A stretch of DNA of 64,000 nt, taken from contig JAIXUN010000001.1 in the NCBI GenBank assembly GCA_027483535.1, forward strand, positions 101,432-165,431. Reading direction: 5' to 3'. This stretch comes from a bacterium (GTDB lineage: Bacteria; Armatimonadota; Fimbriimonadia; Fimbriimonadales; Fimbriimonadaceae). The notes under the pieces are model-generated. The model was not told where the DNA came from. It saw only the letters and a program-made list of their open reading frames with translations, and searched no databases. Made by a program: the position numbers and the translations under genes. Shown here one piece after another: positions 58,447 through 64,000 of the stretch (its first letter is position 1; every line of letters begins with the position of its first letter).

Positions 58447-58653
58447 CGTGACGCGTCCTCCATGTTTTCCTCAGTATTGCGGGCGATTTGCCCAAAGAGC
58501 GATGCCGGCCCGTTTTTAGGCGTGCACCCAAGTTGATTCCTAAAGATGGTGTCCAGCAAGCTTAGTTCCTCTACAAAGCGCCCGCATTGAACCCAGCGAC
58601 ATCTCACATGGAGACGCCTCCCGGTTACGGGTCGGTGGAGTATAGCATGATCC

Positions 58654-59211
58654 CTAATCGCAAACAACAGGGTTTCGACGCACTCTTTGAACCTCTTTTT
58701 CTACGATTTTCCAAGTAGTCGCCTCAGGGGCGTCGGTTCGGAAGATAACGTCGCTCGAGATGGCCTTAATTCGGGTTGGCAACTGCCACCGAAGGTACTT
58801 GGAAACGTCCTCTCCGGGGTATCGTAGCGCGAGCCTTCGAAGCTGTTCTTCTGGCCCGCAAGTCACCACCCAGACTTCGTCAAAGTCCATCTGAAGGCAC
58901 GCTTCGTAAAGAAGCGGGATCTCTACGACCTCCGCATCGCCCGTTAGGATGCGCTCCATCACCGGGGCGTGCATGAGAGCATTGATCTTTCTCCGCAGAT
59001 CGGGATCTACGGTCAGGGCCATCCTCAGGTGGTCTCGATTAACGGGCGAGGATTGACCAAGGAGTGCGGCGATCTGATCATTCACGAAGGGATCGTCGAA
59101 AAGGTCTCTCGCAATCGCATCTGCAGACGCGACGGTGAGCCCCAGTTCTGCAATCCAGTTGAGGATAGTGGTCTTTCCCTCGCCTATGCCTCCGGTGAGT
59201 GCGATGCGCAT
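58654..59211 (-). CDS. coaE: Dephospho-CoA kinase
   Basis: IALTGGIGEGKTT, ADAIAR, L.KINALMH, EIPLLYE. Confidence 0.92.
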   Translation of the reverse strand: MRIALTGGIGEGKTTILNWIAELGLTVASADAIARDLFDDPFVNDQIAALLGQSSPVNRDHLRMALTVDPDLRRKINALMHAPVMERILTGDAEVVEIPLLYEACLQMDFDEVWVVTCGPEEQLRRLALRYPGEDVSKYLRWQLPTRIKAISSDVIFRTDAPEATTWKIVEKEVQRVRRNPVVCD

Positions 59212-59257
59212 ATCTCTTATCTTATAGATGCTTGTGATGAGCGCAACATCCGGACAC

Positions 59258-59291
59258 AAAAAAAGCGGGGCGATCTTTCGAACGCCCCGCT
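59258..59291 (-). terminator. Intrinsic terminator after rpsA
   Basis: AGCGGGGCG / CGCCCCGCT stem, T7 on minus strand. Confidence 0.8.
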
Positions 59292-59307
59292 CCTTGCCTT
59301 CTTTTCC

Positions 59308-60879
59308 TTAGGACTCAGTCTCAGGAGTTGCTTCGGGCTCAGCGTCTCGCAGAAGACCTTTGAGCATTCCCAAGCGCTCGCCGATGGTGGCACCGCCGGT
59401 AGCGACGCCTCGTCGGCTGGTGTCCTCGAAGTTGTCGTCGCGACCACGTCGACCGCCTCGGCCAGGAGCACCTGCTCGCGGCTTTCGGAACTCGTCGTGG
59501 AAGTCGCCAGACGAAGGTCGAATCTCTCCGCCGCCGCCAAGGGCTCGCATGGAAAGAATCATTCGTCGCTCATCCGGTCGAAGGTCGAGCACCTGCACGT
59601 CGACTTCTTGACCCTCTTCAACGACTTCTTGAGGTCGCTTCAGACGGCGGTAGCTCATCTCGCTCAGCGGAAGGAACGCTTCTGCGTTCTCAGGAAGCTT
59701 AACGAATGCGCCGCTTTGAACCAATCGACCGATCGTAACCTTAAGGTTTTGACCCGTTCGGTAGTTCTGCTTGATGAGGTTCCACGGATCAGGAAGAACT
59801 TGTCGGTGACCCAACGAGATCTTGCCTACACCCGGATCGAGTCGGAGAACCATGACTTGAATGTCTTGGCCTTCCTTAAACATTTCCTTCGGGTGAGAAA
59901 TGCGTGCCCAGCTCATTTCAGAGATGTGCAGCAGACCGTCAACTCCGCCGAGGTCAACAAACGCACCGTAGTCGGTGAGTCGTCGAACCGCACCCGTAAG
60001 GATGTCTCCGACGTTGACGTTCTTGAAAATCTCGTCCTTGACGTTGGCTCGCTTCTCTTCCTCAGCAAGTCGGTTGGAAAGAACAACTTTCTTTCGCTCT
60101 CGGTCGATTTCAATGACCTTGAGTTCCAGAGGCTGACCCACAAACTTGTCGAGGTTGCGGAGCTTGCCGCTGCCAACGTGAGTGGCAGGAACGAATCCTC
60201 GAACTCCCACGTCGACCACCAGACCACCCTTGACTCGGTCGATGACCTGCGCAGTGATGGCGCTTTGATCTTCGAACGAACCAACGATTCGATCCCACTG
60301 CTCTTCAAACTCAGCGCGCTTTCGGGAAACGATCGCGTTTCCGTCGCCGCCTTCGCTCTTGATGACAACAACGTTGATCTTGTCGCCGATGTTGTAGAGG
60401 CCTTCTGCCGTCGAAAGGTTTTGCTCGCTCAATTCGTTGAGCGGGATGATGCCTTCGGACTTACCGCCAAGGTCAACAAAGAGTCGATCCTTTTCGATTT
60501 GGATAACGGTCGCAAGGACGCGATCACCTTTTTGGTGTCGCTTGTAAGATCCGTCTCCACCGTTCGCATCTTCGATCGTGCCCGCATCAAAAGCGGTCAT
60601 GTACTGATCAAAGAGGTCGGTATCGTCTGCGCTGACCACACCTTCTGCGGCTTTCGGCGCTTCGTCAACTGCTGGAGCAGCGGCTTCGATTTCTACAGCC
60701 GGTGCTTCGGCAACTGCCGTTGCTTCTACCTGGGTCGTGGCCTGTTCGGGTTCAGGCGTGGTCGTCACGGCAGCTTCAGGGGCTGCTTGGGTGGAGTCGG
60801 GCGCCACTTCCGGCGTCTCGACCACCGGAGTTTGACCGCTTTCGTCGGTCGTGGGCGTAGTCATTTCGTCGATCGTCAT
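59308..60879 (-). CDS. rpsA: 30S ribosomal protein S1 (four S1 domains)
   Basis: VDLGGKSEGIIP, VKGGLVVDVGVRGFVP, LTDYGAFVDLGGVDGLLHISE, LVQSGAFVKL. Confidence 0.95.
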   Translation of the reverse strand: MTIDEMTTPTTDESGQTPVVETPEVAPDSTQAAPEAAVTTTPEPEQATTQVEATAVAEAPAVEIEAAAPAVDEAPKAAEGVVSADDTDLFDQYMTAFDAGTIEDANGGDGSYKRHQKGDRVLATVIQIEKDRLFVDLGGKSEGIIPLNELSEQNLSTAEGLYNIGDKINVVVIKSEGGDGNAIVSRKRAEFEEQWDRIVGSFEDQSAITAQVIDRVKGGLVVDVGVRGFVPATHVGSGKLRNLDKFVGQPLELKVIEIDRERKKVVLSNRLAEEEKRANVKDEIFKNVNVGDILTGAVRRLTDYGAFVDLGGVDGLLHISEMSWARISHPKEMFKEGQDIQVMVLRLDPGVGKISLGHRQVLPDPWNLIKQNYRTGQNLKVTIGRLVQSGAFVKLPENAEAFLPLSEMSYRRLKRPQEVVEEGQEVDVQVLDLRPDERRMILSMRALGGGGEIRPSSGDFHDEFRKPRAGAPGRGGRRGRDDNFEDTSRRGVATGGATIGERLGMLKGLLRDAEPEATPETES

Positions 60880-60964
60880 TGGAAATCTCGAAAAGGTTTC
60901 GGTGAATGGGAATGTACCTTAAATCTTGACTCCACCACCGAAACCTGCTTCCGAATCTACGTGG

Positions 60965-62389
60965 TTACGTTAAGGAACGGTAAAGCGATCTGAACTTATC
61001 GTAGGAGTTCTGCGATAAGGATTCGTTCGGTTGCACAACCTTTCTTGTTCGAATCGTCTTCTCTGCCGCTTCTTTCACCGAGGCAAACACTCCTGTGCCG
61101 ACTCCGGCCAGAATCGCGGAGCCCATTGCGGGTCCCTCATCCGATTCCAAGAGAACACAGGGAGCTTCGAAGGCGTTGGCGATAATTTGAACCCAAAAGT
61201 CGGACCCGGCTCCTCCGCCCGTCACCCGCACCTCGGTTGACGAAGCACCTAGCCCCTTTAAGAGCCTGAATCCGTCCAAGAGGCCGAAAGTGATGCCCTC
61301 TAAAACCGCACGGTCAAAGTGAGCCTGGGTATTTCCCAGATGGAGTCCGGTGAAAGAACCTGTGGCGGAAGGGTTGTTGTGAGGACACCGCTCGCCCGCC
61401 AAATATGGCAAGAACACCAGCCCTTCGCTGCCCGTGGGAACGCTCGCCGCCGATTCGGTGATCTGGTTGTAGTTTCGACCGCCCCCGAGGGTGTCGCGAT
61501 ACCAGCGAAGTGCACCTCCGCAAGAGAGCATCACGCCCATCGCGTGCCAGGCTCGGTTCGCATGACAGAAGACGTGCGCCGCACCGCTCGGGTCGTGGGA
61601 AGGTTGATCGAGCGAGGTGAAGACCACTCCACTCGTGCCGAGGCTCACGCTGGTGACTCCTGGAACAACCGCGCCTGTACCGACAGCGGCCGCAGCTTGA
61701 TCGCCGCCGCCACCCACCACCGGGATACCGTCGGCAAGGTTTGCGACTCCGCGCGTGTGCCCCGTGATCTCATCCGATTCAACGACTTTCGGGAAGAGAT
61801 CGATGTTGAAGTTCAGGCCCGTGATGAGATCTTTCGACCATTGCCGAGCGCTCACGTCGAGCAGACCGACACCAGAGGCGTCGGAAACCTCGGTGGCAAA
61901 CACTCCGGTGAGCTTGTAGCGAATGTAGTCTTTGGGCAAAAGAACCTGGGCGACCTTCGCGAAGTTGGACGGCTCGTGATTGCGAAGCCACAACAGCTTT
62001 GGCGCTTGAAAGCCCGTGAGCATGGGGTTCTTGGCGATCTTGAAAAGTGTGTCTCGACCAAGAGTCCGCTCGATCTCCTCGCACTCGGCGACTGTCCGCT
62101 GGTCGTTCCACAGTAGCGCAGGGCGCACCACGTTTCCGGTTGCGTCTAGAAAGACGCTGCCGTGCATCTGCCCGGTAACGCCAATGGCATCCACGTTTGG
62201 CTCATTCAGTTCGGCAAGGCAGTGCTGAACCCCTGCCCACCACGCTTCAGGATCCTGCTCGGTCCACATCGGCTTTGGGGTGAGAAGCGGATACTCTGCC
62301 GATGCCTGCTTCAAGACTCTTCCGGTCTCGTCGATCACGATGCACTTGCATCCGGAAGTGCCGATATCAATGCCGAGCAACTTTGCCAT
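60965..62389 (-). CDS. xylB: Xylulokinase (FGGY family)
   Basis: GIDIGTSG, GQMHG, LWNDQR, GGGDQAA, SLGTSG, FLPYLAGER, TGGGA. Confidence 0.93.
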   Translation of the reverse strand: MAKLLGIDIGTSGCKCIVIDETGRVLKQASAEYPLLTPKPMWTEQDPEAWWAGVQHCLAELNEPNVDAIGVTGQMHGSVFLDATGNVVRPALLWNDQRTVAECEEIERTLGRDTLFKIAKNPMLTGFQAPKLLWLRNHEPSNFAKVAQVLLPKDYIRYKLTGVFATEVSDASGVGLLDVSARQWSKDLITGLNFNIDLFPKVVESDEITGHTRGVANLADGIPVVGGGGDQAAAAVGTGAVVPGVTSVSLGTSGVVFTSLDQPSHDPSGAAHVFCHANRAWHAMGVMLSCGGALRWYRDTLGGGRNYNQITESAASVPTGSEGLVFLPYLAGERCPHNNPSATGSFTGLHLGNTQAHFDRAVLEGITFGLLDGFRLLKGLGASSTEVRVTGGGAGSDFWVQIIANAFEAPCVLLESDEGPAMGSAILAGVGTGVFASVKEAAEKTIRTRKVVQPNESLSQNSYDKFRSLYRSLT

Positions 62390-62531
62390 GTTGTCCTAAG
62401 GATATCCAAGGTACATGGTTGTATCAAACACAGATTCGCGAGAATCGGTGAGCGGTCATCCTCCTAATCGGGCGTTGCCAATGGGTTCTCGGCTGGGCTC
62501 GTACCATTCTTAGATAGACTGGCTGGCAAAT

Positions 62532-63524
62532 ATGTCGATGGACGAATCCCAATCCAACCCTTCTCCTAGCGCTCGCCCGAGGCGCGCCGTCCTCGATGTC
62601 GGTTCGAATAGCGTTCTGCTCACCATTTGCGAGTGGAATGAAGTCGAAGGGCGGTGGATTCAAATCTTCGAAGACACTGCCGTCACCGCGTTAGGTGAAG
62701 GGACGAAGTCGACAGGTCTTCTGGGCGAGCGCGGAATGACCGCTTCCCTAGAGGCCATGAAGCGGTTTTTCGAAAAGGCACAGGCTCTTGGAGCGTCCAC
62801 CGTTGCCGCAGCGACCATGGCGGCAAGGATCGCAACCAACGCGGAGGATTTCAAGACACGAGCCCTCGCTCAGGGCACACCCGTCGGCATTCTTACCGGA
62901 GACGAAGAAGCCGAACTTGGGTTCGAAAGCGTCGCCAACGACCCTCGATTTTCCGCAGATAACCGCATCTCTATCATCGATCCGGGCGGTCACTCTACAG
63001 AGGTCACCACCGCTCTCCGGCAGCCGGATGGCTCTTGGCAGACTCTTTTTAAGAAGAGTCACGCCATTGGGACGCTTGGATTGAAGTCGACTTCCCTCCC
63101 TGAGGAACAGATCAACGGTTTGTCGCTTCTCCGCGCTTCCTCCGAGATCGATGGGGTCATCGGCTGGCGGACTCGGCCCAACGAGGCCGGAACTTGTGTG
63201 GTGCTTGGTGCCACCGGAACGAACCTTGTATCTATCCGAGAAAAGCTCACCTCTTGGCAACCCGAAGTGGTTCACGGAGCGTGGCTGGATTACGAAGAGG
63301 TGAGCAAGGCGGTCGGATGGATGTCGCCAATGACCGACACCGAACGAGCTGCGATTGCTGGAATGGAACCCGGACGGGAAAAGACCATCCACCTCGGAGC
63401 GTTGATCTTGGAAAGATTCCTCTTCGCACTCGGGGCGGAAGGATGCGTGGTCAGCGTTCGGGGTTGGCGACACGCGGTTTTGGAATCTGATCGCTGGTTC
63501 CAACTCGTTGAAAGCAGGAGTTAA
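62532..63524 (+). CDS. ppx: Ppx/GppA exopolyphosphatase family
   Basis: DVGSNSVL, ATMAAR.A.N, GDEEA.L.F, IDPGGHSTE, G.EPGRE..I..G, GWRH. Confidence 0.88.
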   Translation: MSMDESQSNPSPSARPRRAVLDVGSNSVLLTICEWNEVEGRWIQIFEDTAVTALGEGTKSTGLLGERGMTASLEAMKRFFEKAQALGASTVAAATMAARIATNAEDFKTRALAQGTPVGILTGDEEAELGFESVANDPRFSADNRISIIDPGGHSTEVTTALRQPDGSWQTLFKKSHAIGTLGLKSTSLPEEQINGLSLLRASSEIDGVIGWRTRPNEAGTCVVLGATGTNLVSIREKLTSWQPEVVHGAWLDYEEVSKAVGWMSPMTDTERAAIAGMEPGREKTIHLGALILERFLFALGAEGCVVSVRGWRHAVLESDRWFQLVESRS

Positions 63525-63531
63525 AGTTGCC

Positions 63532-64000
63532 ATGGAACAGAGAGCGACTTGGCGCGGAAAGAAGATCGCTTCGTTCGGCTTTACCGCTCTTGTGATTGGG
63601 GCCGTTCTCGTGGTCGGGCGGAATGTCCAGCGCGGCGGGGCTTCCTCCTCGGCCGACCAGATTACGGTGACCGTTGTCGGCGAGATCACCAAACCAGGTC
63701 CGGTACGACTCCCAAAGGGCTCGACCGTTGAGTACCTGCTCTTACAAGTGCGCCCGAAGTCGACCGCCTTGCTTGAGGGGCTGGATCTCAATCGTCAGCT
63801 GAGTGACGGCGATAGAATCGCGGTCCCTCGAAGGATAAAAGCGACGTCTAAATCCACGAAGTCAAAGATTGAAGTGCTCGACTCACTCTGGGCAAAGGAA
63901 CTAGCAACCGCAAGCCCGGACCTGATTGCCAAAATGCTTGGGATTGAGAAAGGTCTCGCCGTTCAAATCAGTCAGCAAGTGAAGGAGAGCAAGCAAGGTC
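63532..64000 (+). CDS. ComEA-like SLBB + helix-hairpin-helix protein (truncated by window end)
   Basis: My translation: MEQRATW...TM helix, VTVVGEITKPG...LP.GSTV, LNRQLSDGDRIAVP, then ELATAS..LI...GI; open to the window edge. Confidence 0.7.
   Translation, partial: MEQRATWRGKKIASFGFTALVIGAVLVVGRNVQRGGASSSADQITVTVVGEITKPGPVRLPKGSTVEYLLLQVRPKSTALLEGLDLNRQLSDGDRIAVPRRIKATSKSTKSKIEVLDSLWAKELATASPDLIAKMLGIEKGLAVQISQQVKESKQG

Noticed and set aside
53659-60993. Long plus-strand ORFs 53659-55686, 56629-57999 and 58969-60993 (also 3081-4454, 4497-5363, 19945-20763, 32806-33576)
   Set aside because: Antisense shadows of well-supported minus-strand genes, with no recognisable motifs; expected from codon bias at this GC content.

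Overview
Bacterial chromosomal window, most likely Armatimonadota (Fimbriimonadia-like). This is inferred from five PEP-CTERM proteins, a prepilin-type N-methylation/H-X9-DG protein, a FlgD-Ig-type surface protein and LPS-type transferases. About 55 mostly ordinary genes are present (argG, nadB, coaE, rpsA, xylB, dus, peptidases, glycoside hydrolases, an ECF sigma pair, a chemoreceptor). The standout locus is 23381-24290. An intact tRNA-Val(CAC) is preceded by three 95-bp tandem units, each carrying the first 25 nt of the tRNA, a TCCCGA-N5-TCGGGA palindrome exactly replacing the anticodon arm, and a tail with a new -10 box. The tRNA is followed by a stand-alone GIY-YIG nuclease gene. Exactly 329 bp downstream lies a second unit: a tRNA 3' mimic with both anticodon and T arms replaced by the same palindrome, plus a decayed GIY-YIG start. 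This looks like a tRNA-parasitising nuclease/palindrome element. Secondary signals: sigma54 promoters on a duplicated PEP-CTERM pair, a four-fold 11-bp-period PhoB/OmpR-like box before the pilin-like gene, many apparently leaderless genes, and an uncharacterised envelope gene cluster after rpsA-coaE. All family assignments come from motif recognition by eye, not database searches.
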